From positions 4,278-68,277 of the forward strand of contig JANRKK010000021.1 in the NCBI GenBank assembly GCA_033763555.1: 64,000 nt of DNA. Direction: 5' to 3'. The position numbers were made by a program, and so were the translations under genes. The stretch comes from Alphaproteobacteria bacterium. GTDB lineage: Bacteria; Pseudomonadota; Alphaproteobacteria; UBA9219. How positions within the stretch are numbered: position 1 is the stretch's first letter; each line of letters begins with the position of its first letter. Below, in pieces: positions 48,837-57,769 of this stretch. The notes under the pieces were generated by a model. It searched no databases and was not told the DNA's origin. It was given only the letters and a program-made list of their open reading frames with translations.

Positions 48837-49088
48837 TCACTTCCATATCGGCTTTCCGAGGTTGATATCTTTATCACTCGTCAGGCCTCCGGCCGCTCCG
48901 CCAACGGCACCGCCGATCAAAGCCCCGGTCAACGGACTTCCCATAAGGGCTCCACCTACAGCGCCAACACCTGCGCCGATACCGGCACCGCTCACGGCGC
49001 GCTCGCCCGGATCATGACCACATGCCGCCATCAAAAGGATGATCGTGGCTCCCATCAGGCACTTCGTCAGATATTTTGTATTACGCAT
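48837..49088 (-). CDS. Glycine-zipper lipoprotein (Rick_17kDa_Anti/YMGG-like)
   Basis: Lipobox LMAACG, then GAGIGAGVGAVGGALMGSPLTGALIGGAVGGAAGG. Confidence 0.6.
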   Translation of the reverse strand: MRNTKYLTKCLMGATIILLMAACGHDPGERAVSGAGIGAGVGAVGGALMGSPLTGALIGGAVGGAAGGLTSDKDINLGKPIWK

Positions 49089-49123
49089 GTTCGGTATCCT
49101 TTTTGTGAGTGTTTATGCACGTG

Positions 49124-49750
49124 TCATTCCTGGATATATTCAATTTCAACCTCAACCCGACGGTCGCTTTGCAAGCATTCGATCAATTGTGACCGCGCTT
49201 CGGCAGGGCAGTTGGTGGCGGGTTCAGATTCCCCAACCCAACGTGTTTCGGTAACACGCGCGTTTGTATATCCGTTCGCAACCAGATAATCGCGTACAGC
49301 TTGTGCGCGTTTCTTGGAAAGCTTTTCATTGTAGGAAGTGCTTCCGATACGGTCAGCATAGCCTACGATTCTTGCTTCTTTTACGCTTTGATCGGACTTG
49401 AGCGTGTTCGCCAAGGTACTCAGGCGCTTTCTGGATTCGGACGACAAAGCCGCGCGATCGAATGCGAAGTAAACTGTGCGCTCTTCTTTCGTGAGTTCAG
49501 TGCGCCGTTCCCTGACGGTTTCCTGTGCCACATATTGCGACGCGCAGGCGTCATGGTCCGTCATCCATTGCGTGCGGACACAATTGCCATTACTGCTGTG
49601 AACAATATGGCCTTGGCGATCGCGCACGACTTCGCGGCAATCAGGGCGACAGCCGGAATCGGCGGTTGTCATGTCATAGCAGCCAGCCAAAACGAGCCCA
49701 GCCAAAGCTAAACCGGTCAGCGTAATAATTTTTGTATTGAGGCGCGTCAT
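49124..49750 (-). CDS. OmpA-family lipoprotein
   Basis: Lipobox LAGC at the internal Met start. C-terminal OmpA peptidoglycan-binding motifs (…TVYFAFDRAALS…GYADRIGSTSYNEKLSKKRAQAV…). Confidence 0.7.
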   Translation of the reverse strand: MTRLNTKIITLTGLALAGLVLAGCYDMTTADSGCRPDCREVVRDRQGHIVHSSNGNCVRTQWMTDHDACASQYVAQETVRERRTELTKEERTVYFAFDRAALSSESRKRLSTLANTLKSDQSVKEARIVGYADRIGSTSYNEKLSKKRAQAVRDYLVANGYTNARVTETRWVGESEPATNCPAEARSQLIECLQSDRRVEVEIEYIQE

Positions 49751-49751
49751 T

Positions 49752-50468
49752 TTATTCCCCTTGTTCAGTTGTGGTGTGAGTGACGGTTGTTGTCTCGGTA
49801 GCGCCGTCTGAGTATGTGTCGAAATCCTTATAGACAGCGGGAGATTCCGGAGAATAACCACCGGGAACTCCATATCCGTTGTGATAATAGGAGACTGGTG
49901 TGCGATAAGTTGTGACCGTTCTTTCTGTAACCGCATGAGGAAGGGCAGAAACTGGCTGCGCACGAAACGCGGTCAGTTCCTGGCTGCTGGCGATCACGCC
50001 GTCAATCAGATAGAGGCTAGCCTCATTGCCTTCACTTTGATAAAGCACCGCAAGATCATCCACGGTGTATTGATCCTTATATGTCTCTTCGACATAGAGG
50101 CCTCGGCTGCCGATTGTTGGGATCGGATTGCCTCCCCATTTAGAAAATTGATTTATAGTTTCATTTTTTGGCACAATATTATTGCGCAGAATGGCGGCTA
50201 CTTCCCGTCGGCATTGCACGGCATAAAAACATGGATATTCGCGCGGCTGGATTCTGGCGAGGGCCGCGTTGGTGGGGGCAAACACGCTGTATTCGGTATT
50301 TTCGCTAAGTTCGCTGGCCACGCCGGTATTCAGGAGCGCCTGGTAGAACATGGAAACTTCGCCTTGGTGGGCAAGAGCGTTTTCGACTTTGCTGTTGGCG
50401 GCATAGGCCGGGGTGGCATCGCCAGCAAGGAGGGCGGCTATAGCTGCAGCGGCAAATGGATATTTCAT
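49752..50468 (-). CDS. Fasciclin (FAS1) domain secreted protein
   Basis: Signal peptide plus the FAS1 motif EYSVFAPTNAALARI. Confidence 0.6.
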   Translation of the reverse strand: MKYPFAAAAIAALLAGDATPAYAANSKVENALAHQGEVSMFYQALLNTGVASELSENTEYSVFAPTNAALARIQPREYPCFYAVQCRREVAAILRNNIVPKNETINQFSKWGGNPIPTIGSRGLYVEETYKDQYTVDDLAVLYQSEGNEASLYLIDGVIASSQELTAFRAQPVSALPHAVTERTVTTYRTPVSYYHNGYGVPGGYSPESPAVYKDFDTYSDGATETTTVTHTTTEQGE

Positions 50469-50526
50469 TGGGTTTCCTTTGAGTTGTCTTTTGGCTGTAC
50501 ATTTCAACTTAGACAGTGTCCTCTAT

Positions 50527-50826
50527 TCATCTCGAAGTGCTTTTCACTCGGCTAAAGAAATTCACAATATTGTCTTTAAGCTCATACATTTCCCTGTCAG
50601 CCTCCAACTGAGTATCATGTCCATTGCTACCGAAGGTTTCTTCAAGTGACTCCCGAACGGCGCTTGCCATGCAAAAAAGCTGGTTGGCATTCACAGCTTG
50701 GCCACCCAGAGTTACGGCGCGCATGCTGCCATCCTTGCGAGAACTGTTACCTTGAAATTGGGTAGTAGACGCCCGTGCCGCCGTACCTGAGCGGTTTAAT
50801 TTAAGATTTGTATCATTAGGATTCAT
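50527..50826 (-). CDS. Hypothetical protein
   Basis: 99-aa ORF. ATGA-coupled to the 67-aa ORF at 50823..51026 (also hypothetical, minus strand). Confidence 0.3.
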   Translation of the reverse strand: MNPNDTNLKLNRSGTAARASTTQFQGNSSRKDGSMRAVTLGGQAVNANQLFCMASAVRESLEETFGSNGHDTQLEADREMYELKDNIVNFFSRVKSTSR

Positions 50827-51044
50827 GGGATGGCCTCTTGGTTTGGAGCAGGGAAGTCTTGCGGTGCTGTAGATATACTCGTAGTTTCACCGACTGATTT
50901 GACATTCATCAAATAGTTTTCTGCTTCTATGGCCTTATTGCGAGAAGACTCCATTAGTGGTGTTGTTTTTAAAATGTATATCGCTTCCTTATTCATGGGT
51001 CTGTAGACCCGAAAATGGTTTGGCAATTTTTACAAAGGAAGAAC

Positions 51045-51203
51045 ATGACTCTAGGTACAATCCTTCTTGTCGTCCTTGTTGTGCTTTTGATTGGCGGATT
51101 GCCAGCATGGCCGCATAGCCGGAAGTGGGGTTATTACCCCTCAGTCGGCCTAGGAACGATACTGATGCTCGTCCTTATTCTGATGCTCATGGGGCGCATC
51201 TAG
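51045..51203 (+). CDS. DUF3309-family small membrane protein
   Basis: MTLGTILLVVLVVLLIGGLPAWPHSRKWGYYPSVGLGTILMLVLILMLMGRI matches the DUF3309 pattern (…PxWPxSxxWGYYPSGG…). Confidence 0.6.
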   Translation: MTLGTILLVVLVVLLIGGLPAWPHSRKWGYYPSVGLGTILMLVLILMLMGRI

Positions 51204-51234
51204 ATTCAAATTAGTCTCGAACATAAGGTGTCTA

Positions 51235-51681
51235 ATGAAAACCGAAGGAAAAGGCGTTCCGACAAAAATCAAAGACATCATGAGCAAAGATGTGGAAGTA
51301 GTCTCGCCTGACACACTTCTTGATGAAGTTGCCAAGAAAATGCAGCGTCGCGATTGCGGATGTGTCCTTGTTGCCAAAGATGACCGTATCATAGGAATGA
51401 TCACGGATCGGGATCTAACCTTGCGCTGTATTGCGGAATCGCATAATCCTGCCGAAACAACGGCAGCGCACGTTATGACACCGGACATCCTGTACTGCCA
51501 CGATACGGATGAAGCTGACGATGTTGCAAAAAATATGGGCGAAAACAAGGTACGTCGGCTTGCCGTTCTCGATGCCGATAAACGGCTGGTTGGAATTGTG
51601 ACTCTCGGTGACCTGGCCTCGCACTCAAATCACACGCTGTGCGGAGAGATGCTGGGTAAAATCTGTCGCGCCACCAACTAA
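51235..51681 (+). CDS. CBS-pair domain protein
   Basis: 148 aa with two CBS motifs (…IMSKDVEVVSPDTLLDEVAKKM… / …VRRLAVLDADKRLVGIVTLGDL…). Confidence 0.75.
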   Translation: MKTEGKGVPTKIKDIMSKDVEVVSPDTLLDEVAKKMQRRDCGCVLVAKDDRIIGMITDRDLTLRCIAESHNPAETTAAHVMTPDILYCHDTDEADDVAKNMGENKVRRLAVLDADKRLVGIVTLGDLASHSNHTLCGEMLGKICRATN

Positions 51682-51732
51682 GACCACTCATAGAACGGAA
51701 CTCTTGGCTCGTATGGCGCAGAACCCTACTGG

Positions 51733-52593
51733 CTAAGATAGCAACTTAGGCTCGGAGATCTCCATCCGGTAGCCAACACCTGCTTCTGTCGTAATCAAAG
51801 CTGTTGCGGCAGGATGTTTACTGATCTTGGCCCGTACCTGGCCGACATACACACGCAAATATTGTGTATCCTCACCGTGCGCGGGGCCCCAGACTTCTTT
51901 GAGGATCTGCTTATGGGTCAACATCTTGCCGCGGTGGACGATAAAATAACGCAGTAAATTATATTCCTTGGGCGTGAACGTCAGTAATTCGTCATTCAGG
52001 AAAACTTTGTGCCGAACAAGATCCATACGCAGAGGTCCGTTTCTTATTTCTGGCGCACCCGCTTCGTTCACAGCAAATTTGCGCAAAGAGGCCATCATAC
52101 GCGCAAGAAGAACCTCCGTGTTGAAGGGCTTAGTCACATAATCGTTCGCACCCATGTTCAAAGCCATGATCACGTCATCATTTCCTTCCCGGATAGTCAG
52201 GATGATAACGGGCACGTGGGACTTTTCCCGAATAGCAGCGAGGACGTCTTTGCCGTCCATGTCTGACAGCGTAAGGTCAAGCAACACCAAATTGGGCCTG
52301 GTCAAGGCGCATAGCCGGGAAGCTTCCTTGCCACTTCGGCATTCAATAATTTTAAAATTTGCTGAATCTAAAACATAAGACATCAATTTCTGAAATTGTG
52401 GATCGGAATCGATGATCAGAATTGTATTCTTTTTTTCAGCTACACAATTCTTTGCGTTGTGTTCATTGAAATCTTCATCCATGAGAGGATGCACCATTTT
52501 TCTCAAGCCAACTCTGAAGCCAGTTTTTTTGAGCCGAACATTGGATTCCTGTTCAGACAGATGAATAACTGACGCCTTCATGGTGGGGTTCAT
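51733..52593 (-). CDS. OmpR-family response regulator (orphan; no adjacent kinase)
   Basis: Receiver (ILIIDSDPQF…LVLLDLTLSDMDG…) plus winged-helix C-terminus (…LTFTPKEYNLLRYF…VGYRM). N-terminal ~45 aa of the track ORF is probably not translated. Confidence 0.75.
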   Translation of the reverse strand: MNPTMKASVIHLSEQESNVRLKKTGFRVGLRKMVHPLMDEDFNEHNAKNCVAEKKNTILIIDSDPQFQKLMSYVLDSANFKIIECRSGKEASRLCALTRPNLVLLDLTLSDMDGKDVLAAIREKSHVPVIILTIREGNDDVIMALNMGANDYVTKPFNTEVLLARMMASLRKFAVNEAGAPEIRNGPLRMDLVRHKVFLNDELLTFTPKEYNLLRYFIVHRGKMLTHKQILKEVWGPAHGEDTQYLRVYVGQVRAKISKHPAATALITTEAGVGYRMEISEPKLLS

Positions 52594-52769
52594 GGAACAC
52601 TCGTGGTTGGATCGAAAACGTCTTGGAGTGACGTCATTGGTACTTCGGTTTCACACTTTCTGATTTGACATTTATCAAACAGCTTGAGGGCTCTATGGCT
52701 CCAACCTAGCTTCATCGCTATTAGTTGTACTTCCACTAACTGCCGCCCAGCTTACCTTGATGCTTTTAC

Positions 52770-53096
52770 CTACCAGCCCCTGACATCTATGCGATCCCTG
52801 ATGGATGTGACGCCTTCGACCTGACTGGTGAGTTTGATGGCTTGCGTTGCCTGATCTTGGGTGCGAACCAGGCCGCTCAATAGAACCTCGCCGTCGCTGG
52901 TTGCAACATTTATCAGGGTGGATTCCTTAAGTATCGGCACGGCAATGATTGCAGCCCTGACCGCTGTAGCTAAGTTCGCATCCTTGACGGACTGCTCGAC
53001 GCCTTGACTGAAAGCAGGGCATGACACCCCCAGTGCAGTGATAAAAATCGATACAGCCAGCAGTTTAAAGTTAGATAGTGCGTAGCGTTTTTTCAT
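52770..53096 (-). CDS. BON-domain periplasmic protein
   Basis: Signal peptide then a BON-like segment (…VRTQDQATQAIKLTSQVEGVTSIRDRIDV). Confidence 0.6.
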   Translation of the reverse strand: MKKRYALSNFKLLAVSIFITALGVSCPAFSQGVEQSVKDANLATAVRAAIIAVPILKESTLINVATSDGEVLLSGLVRTQDQATQAIKLTSQVEGVTSIRDRIDVRGW

Positions 53097-53162
53097 GATG
53101 GACCTCCTTCTTCAGGTTTCAGAAATCGAAAATGTTGGCACTCAACCCGCATTGCGCTTTGG

Positions 53163-53375
53163 TTATTCCATTGCCCGCGCGCAATGCTCTTCCGCCTGGC
53201 GGCCATACTCTTTTGCTATCCGGGCCTGTTCATTGGCTTGCTGGTAATCTCCGTAAGCGTAGTGAGCTGCAGCTTGACGGTGTGACTCGGCGGCGTCCTC
53301 ATGGTGATCGGCAGCCGCCACATGATGATCCACACTTGTCATGATAAATGGTGATGGCTTTTCTATCGAGTACAT
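53163..53375 (-). CDS. Small His/Ala-rich hypothetical protein
   Basis: 70 aa: …SVDHHVAAADHHEDAAESHRQAAAHYAYGDYQQ…. Confidence 0.3.
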   Translation of the reverse strand: MYSIEKPSPFIMTSVDHHVAAADHHEDAAESHRQAAAHYAYGDYQQANEQARIAKEYGRQAEEHCARAME

Positions 53376-53462
53376 GGTGTCCCCTCCCGTGTTTTGTGGA
53401 TGTCATTACGATGTCTTCTCAGAAGACACTCAAGAACTGAAAACCCATGGCCTTAGGTGAAC

Positions 53463-53675
53463 TTACCGGGAACTACAGCCGCAGGACTTTTCAAGCTCAT
53501 CGAGGCGTTTTTGAGCATCTTCTTTCGCAATGCCGTAAGTGGTTTGCAGTTTGCCAAAAAATTGATCTCTCTGGCCTTCAGCGAGAGCGATATCGTCGTC
53601 GGTCAAGCGGCCCCAGGTTTCCTTGATTTTGCCGAATAACTGGTCACGTTTGCCTTTCATCTCATCTGGATTCAT
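53463..53675 (-). CDS. CsbD-family general stress protein
   Basis: MNPDEMKGKRDQLFGKIKETWGRLTDDDIALAEGQRDQFFGKLQTTYGIAKEDAQKRLDE is the canonical CsbD repeat pattern. RBS AAGGAG upstream of the chosen start. Confidence 0.75.
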   Translation of the reverse strand: MNPDEMKGKRDQLFGKIKETWGRLTDDDIALAEGQRDQFFGKLQTTYGIAKEDAQKRLDELEKSCGCSSR

Positions 53676-53835
53676 GTTCATCTCCTTTTGGTGAAGGTTA
53701 AACACAGTCACCCCAAGATTCTGGGGGTGTTCTCTCGAGAGCAAGTATTATGCTCGTTCTGACAATCTCGTTTTGACATCGATCAAATGATTTTATGCCT
53801 TTATGGTTTTAATATAAGACTCTACCCCATTAGTT

Positions 53836-54610
53836 GTGGTACGCTTTGCCTGGATGAAGCCGCAATCGAAGATAGTTGATGAAGACATAACTGAGCATCC
53901 ATCACTGGCTCTCGGTTGTCTTAGGGAAGCTTCACTTTTTTCCAAACTTTCTGACGAAGAGATTGCCTGTTTTCAGGATGCCGCGCAGGCTCGATCCTAT
54001 AAAAAAGGAAAAGTTTTATATCTTGAGGAGGAACCGGCAGAATTTTTTTTACGTAATTTGTGGTGGGTGGATAAAATTATTTCATACGACGCAAGAAGGT
54101 GAAGAAATTGTTGTTGATATGCTGACGGCGGGACACATGGTGGGTGAAAGCGCCATTTTTGAACATGGTCATCATACGAGCAGCGCTCAGGTCGTTGAGG
54201 ATGTGCAGCTGCTCAGTATCCCTGCAAAAATGCTGAAGGAACAAATACGTTTGAGCCCAACATTGGCGTTGAGCATGCTCTCTTCCATGTCCCGACATCA
54301 TCGCCGCCATTATGGTGAAATTGCGCTGAACGCCATGCAGAGTGCCCCTCAACGTATTGGAACTTTTCTCCTCAGGTTATGTCCTAGAGATGAAAAAAAG
54401 GGCATCGTGTTTCATTTGCCTTACGATAAAACGCTGATTGCCTATACCCTTGGCATGAAGGGAGCGACCTTTTCACGGGCATTGAATATCTTAAGGCAAA
54501 AAACGGGGATCCGTATTATGGGAACGCGTATCGAAATTGACTCGGTGGAGCAATTGATAAAATTCGTCTATGGCTCTCTTGCATCCAAGTACGCACCTGA
54601 AAAACTGTGA
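53836..54610 (+). pseudogene. Crp/Fnr-family transcriptional regulator, frameshifted at a T8 homopolymer (54043-54050)
   Basis: ORF 53836..54102 encodes the start of a cNMP-binding domain (…KGKVLYLEEEPAEFF). ORF 53963..54610, in the next frame, continues it (YVICGGWIKLFHTTQEGEEIVV…) and ends with the HTH (…LIAYTLGMKGATFSRALNIL…). One fewer T would fuse them. Confidence 0.65.
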
Positions 54611-54611
54611 T

Positions 54612-54992
54612 CTATCCGAATATACCCGTTAGCCATCCCCAATCGAGATTGGCGGGATGTTCGATATAATCCTGCGGGTTGTCGACAACATGTTTCAGGT
54701 AACTGTATTTAAAGGGCCATGCGTCTTCCGGCGTTGCATGTGTCTTCTTGATAATTTTGATTTTCATATCTTCGGTCAGTTGCAGGGTATAAATCAGCTT
54801 TGGCCTGTCGTCATAGACGGCGCATTGCAGGATATTGTCCGGCCCCAAATTCTTCCACCGGGCTTTCCAGATTTCCATATAGGGAAATTTGTCCTTATTC
54901 TTTTCTATCGCTTGGTTGCATATGTCCAGATAGCGCTCGAAAACGCGCTCATATTCTTCAACGGTTGCGATATCCTTTGCGGCAAGATTCAC
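54612..54992 (-). CDS. Hypothetical protein
   Basis: 126-aa ORF, AT-rich, no recognised motif. Confidence 0.35.
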   Translation of the reverse strand: MNLAAKDIATVEEYERVFERYLDICNQAIEKNKDKFPYMEIWKARWKNLGPDNILQCAVYDDRPKLIYTLQLTEDMKIKIIKKTHATPEDAWPFKYSYLKHVVDNPQDYIEHPANLDWGWLTGIFG

Positions 54993-55226
54993 GGCAGTCC
55001 TCCTTGTATTCCCTTATTAAGGACACAGTTTGGACGCCGTCAGTTTGACTTATGTAAAATCTATCCAAAAATGTTCAAACACCCGCCCGTAAAGAAATGG
55101 CAAAGATAAAAAACCATGGAGAAGTTTATGGCAAACGTGGCCCAACCACTTAATCAGGCCAGAATCTAAATTATTGCACTGTAATAATTTCCGGTGCCGG
55201 TCAAAAATCTAAGTCTTTGAGAAAAC

Positions 55227-55301
55227 TGGTGCTGCCGAGAGGAATCGAACCTCCGACCCCGTCCTTACCAAGGACGTGCTCTACCCCTGAGCTACGGCAG
55301 C
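55227..55301 (-). tRNA. tRNA-Thr (anticodon GGU), CCA encoded
   Basis: Minus-strand sequence GCTGCCGTAGCTCAGGGGTAGAGCACGTCCTTGGTAAGGACGGGGTCGGAGGTTCGATTCCTCTCGGCAGCACCA folds as a cloverleaf: 7-bp acceptor, D-arm GCTC/GAGC, anticodon stem CGTCC/GGACG with loop TTGGTAA, T-arm GGAGG-TTCGATT-CCTCT. Confidence 0.85.
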
Positions 55302-55443
55302 CCGTCTTCGTCCTGCGGACTTCGCCGGGACTCTTGCCATAGGCCGCCTTCGGGTGCAAGGTTTACAGGACCATTTTGGGCGCGCCATGCACAGGAAAAC
55401 CAACATTTTAAGGATAAAAGGCTGGATCCCGGCCTGCGCCGGG

Positions 55444-55845
55444 ATGACTCTAATATTTATGATTTCTCAGGGCGTTCATGCCGCCGAGAGCGCCGAGCCC
55501 GTCGACCCCGCCCTCTGTCGTGGCCTGGTCAAGCATGTGCCGGATGCCGATGTCGCCTATCAGCCCGGCGTGGATGTAAACGGTAAACCCGTCGCGCCTG
55601 CGGACCTGCCAGGCTCGAACACAATACAGCTGCCGACGACTCTCACAATTCCTCTGACGGTTTCGCTCGCCAAGGTTTTGAACCTGAACACCAGCCAATA
55701 CCCTTACAATCAGCTTGGCCCGGGAACCGAAGTGCAATTGGGTGAGCTGACCGTCACGGGTGACAAGGTCATGTATAATGGCCAGCCCTTGAGCGCCGCG
55801 CAGCAAGACAATCTGGCCGTGCTGTGCATGAAGAAGGATAAATAA
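55444..55845 (+). CDS. Small exported hypothetical protein
   Basis: Signal peptide MTLIFMISQGVHA at the internal Met start; no other motif. Confidence 0.4.
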   Translation: MTLIFMISQGVHAAESAEPVDPALCRGLVKHVPDADVAYQPGVDVNGKPVAPADLPGSNTIQLPTTLTIPLTVSLAKVLNLNTSQYPYNQLGPGTEVQLGELTVTGDKVMYNGQPLSAAQQDNLAVLCMKKDK

Positions 55846-55848
55846 TTC

Positions 55849-56187
55849 ATGCAAACCATTCCTTACGAACAATTTGAATCAGTCGAATTGCGCGTCGGCA
55901 CCGTGGTGCGCGCCGAAGCCTTTCCCGAAGCACGCAAGCCCGCGCTGAAACTCTGGGTCGATTTCGGGCCGGAGATTGGCGTGAAACAAAGTTCGGCCCA
56001 GATCACGGTGCATTACACGTCTGAATCCCTGATCGGACGGCAAGTGGTCGGATGTCTCAATCTCGGCAGCCGGAAGATCGGCAGCTTTACCTCGGAGTTC
56101 CTGTGCACAGGCTTTCCGGATGCCGATGGTGCAGTTGTTCTGGTTCACCCCGATAAACCTGTGCCCAACGGCGGAAAGCTGTTTTAG
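55849..56187 (+). CDS. tRNA-binding protein (CsaA/YgjH-like, Myf domain)
   Basis: 112 aa; FESVELRVGTVVRAEAFPEARKPALKLWVDFG is typical of the tRNA-binding OB-fold. Confidence 0.65.
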   Translation: MQTIPYEQFESVELRVGTVVRAEAFPEARKPALKLWVDFGPEIGVKQSSAQITVHYTSESLIGRQVVGCLNLGSRKIGSFTSEFLCTGFPDADGAVVLVHPDKPVPNGGKLF

Positions 56188-56236
56188 CCCTCTGTCCGTT
56201 GTTGGCAGGGGGCAGGGGCTTTGTTATGGTCGGCGC

Positions 56237-57769
56237 ATGAACAAACCCGCGCCCAAAAATCAGGCCCCCAAAACCGCCATCAGCCCGACCCGCGCTGAAG
56301 ATTATGCGCAATGGTACCAACAAGTCGTGCGCGAAGCCGACATGGCGGAAATGTCCGGCGTGCGTGGCTGCATGGTCATCAAGCCCTGGGGCTATGGCGC
56401 CTGGGAACTGATGCAGCGCGATCTCGACCGCCGCTTCAAGGAAACCGGGCACGAGAATTGCTATTTCCCCGTCTTTATTCCGCTGAGCTATTTCCAGAAA
56501 GAAGCCGAGCATGTCGAAGGCTTCGCCAAGGAAATGGCCGTCGTCACCCATCACCGCCTCAGCATGAAAGACGGCAAGCTTGTGCCGGATGCCGAGCTGG
56601 AAGAGCCGCTGGTGGTGCGCCCGACATCGGAAACGGTGATCGGCGAGGCGATGAAGAAATGGATTGAATCCTACCGCGATCTTCCCGTGCTGATTAACCA
56701 GTGGGCGAATGTCGTGCGCTGGGAAATGCGTCCGCGCATCTTGTTGCGCACGGCGGAATTTCTCTGGCAGGAAGGCCACACGGCGCATGAGACTGAGAAA
56801 GAGGCGATGGATGAAACGCGGCAGATGCTGGAAGTCTATCGCCAGTTTTCCGAAGAAATTTTGGCCGTTCCAGTGATCGCCGGGGAAAAGCCCGCGCATG
56901 AACGTTTCCCGGGTGCGGTGAACAGCTACAGCATCGAGGCGATGATGCAGGATGGCCGCGCACTGCAGGCGGGAACCTCACATTATCTTGGCCAGAATTT
57001 CTCCAAATCCATCGGCATTAAATTCCAGAGCCGTGAAGGGGCCGAGGCGTTTGTGCATACAACCTCATGGGGTGTTTCGACGCGCCTGCTCGGTGCTTTG
57101 GTCATGACGCATGCGGATGATGACGGTATGAAAATGCCACCGCGCATAGCGCCGTGGCAGATTGTCATAGCGCCGATGTTCCGCGAAGACAGCGACCGCA
57201 ACCAGATCCTTGCTTATTGCGAAGCGCTGAAAAATGATTTGCAGAAACAATCTTATGGTGGCCAGCCTTTGCGCGTGAAACTTGATGCGCGCGATATCAC
57301 CGGAGCGGACAAAAAATGGGGCTGGATCAAGAAGGGCGCACCGCTGCTGCTGGAAATCGGGCCGCGCGATGTCGAGGGCGGCAAGGTCTGCGTGTTGCGT
57401 CGTGACCAGCCGGGCAAGAAATTTCCGACGCGTGAGGAATTTGTGGCATCCGCCGTCGCTGAACTGGAAGCCATTCAGAAAGGCATGTTTGATGCCGCGC
57501 TGGCGTTTCAGAAGCACCGTACGGCCGTTAATATCCATGACCGTGCGGCTTTTGAGGCTTATTTCAAGAAATCCGGCGACAATAATTTTGTCGGCGAGCA
57601 GGGCTTCGTCCGCGCCAAATGGTCGGGCGATCCGGCTTCACTGAAAATCCTGGATGAGCTGGGCGTCACCGTCCGCTGTATTCCTTTCGATCAGGATGGC
57701 ACAGAAGGCCCCTGTGTTCTGACGGGCGCGAAGACCAAACAAACAGCAATTTTCGCGGCGGCTTACTGA
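56237..57769 (+). CDS. proS: Prolyl-tRNA synthetase (class II, archaeal/eukaryote-like type)
   Basis: Class II motifs and …WANVVRWEMRPRILLRTAEFLWQEGHTAH… Start set at the internal Met (MNKPAPKN). Confidence 0.85.
   Translation: MNKPAPKNQAPKTAISPTRAEDYAQWYQQVVREADMAEMSGVRGCMVIKPWGYGAWELMQRDLDRRFKETGHENCYFPVFIPLSYFQKEAEHVEGFAKEMAVVTHHRLSMKDGKLVPDAELEEPLVVRPTSETVIGEAMKKWIESYRDLPVLINQWANVVRWEMRPRILLRTAEFLWQEGHTAHETEKEAMDETRQMLEVYRQFSEEILAVPVIAGEKPAHERFPGAVNSYSIEAMMQDGRALQAGTSHYLGQNFSKSIGIKFQSREGAEAFVHTTSWGVSTRLLGALVMTHADDDGMKMPPRIAPWQIVIAPMFREDSDRNQILAYCEALKNDLQKQSYGGQPLRVKLDARDITGADKKWGWIKKGAPLLLEIGPRDVEGGKVCVLRRDQPGKKFPTREEFVASAVAELEAIQKGMFDAALAFQKHRTAVNIHDRAAFEAYFKKSGDNNFVGEQGFVRAKWSGDPASLKILDELGVTVRCIPFDQDGTEGPCVLTGAKTKQTAIFAAAY

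Noticed and set aside
53676-53770. EcfG-type promoter (GGAAC-N16/17-CGTT) upstream of csbD
   Set aside because: By eye, only a partial -35-like GAGAAC is present, with no CGTT at the right spacing. It needs a proper motif scan.
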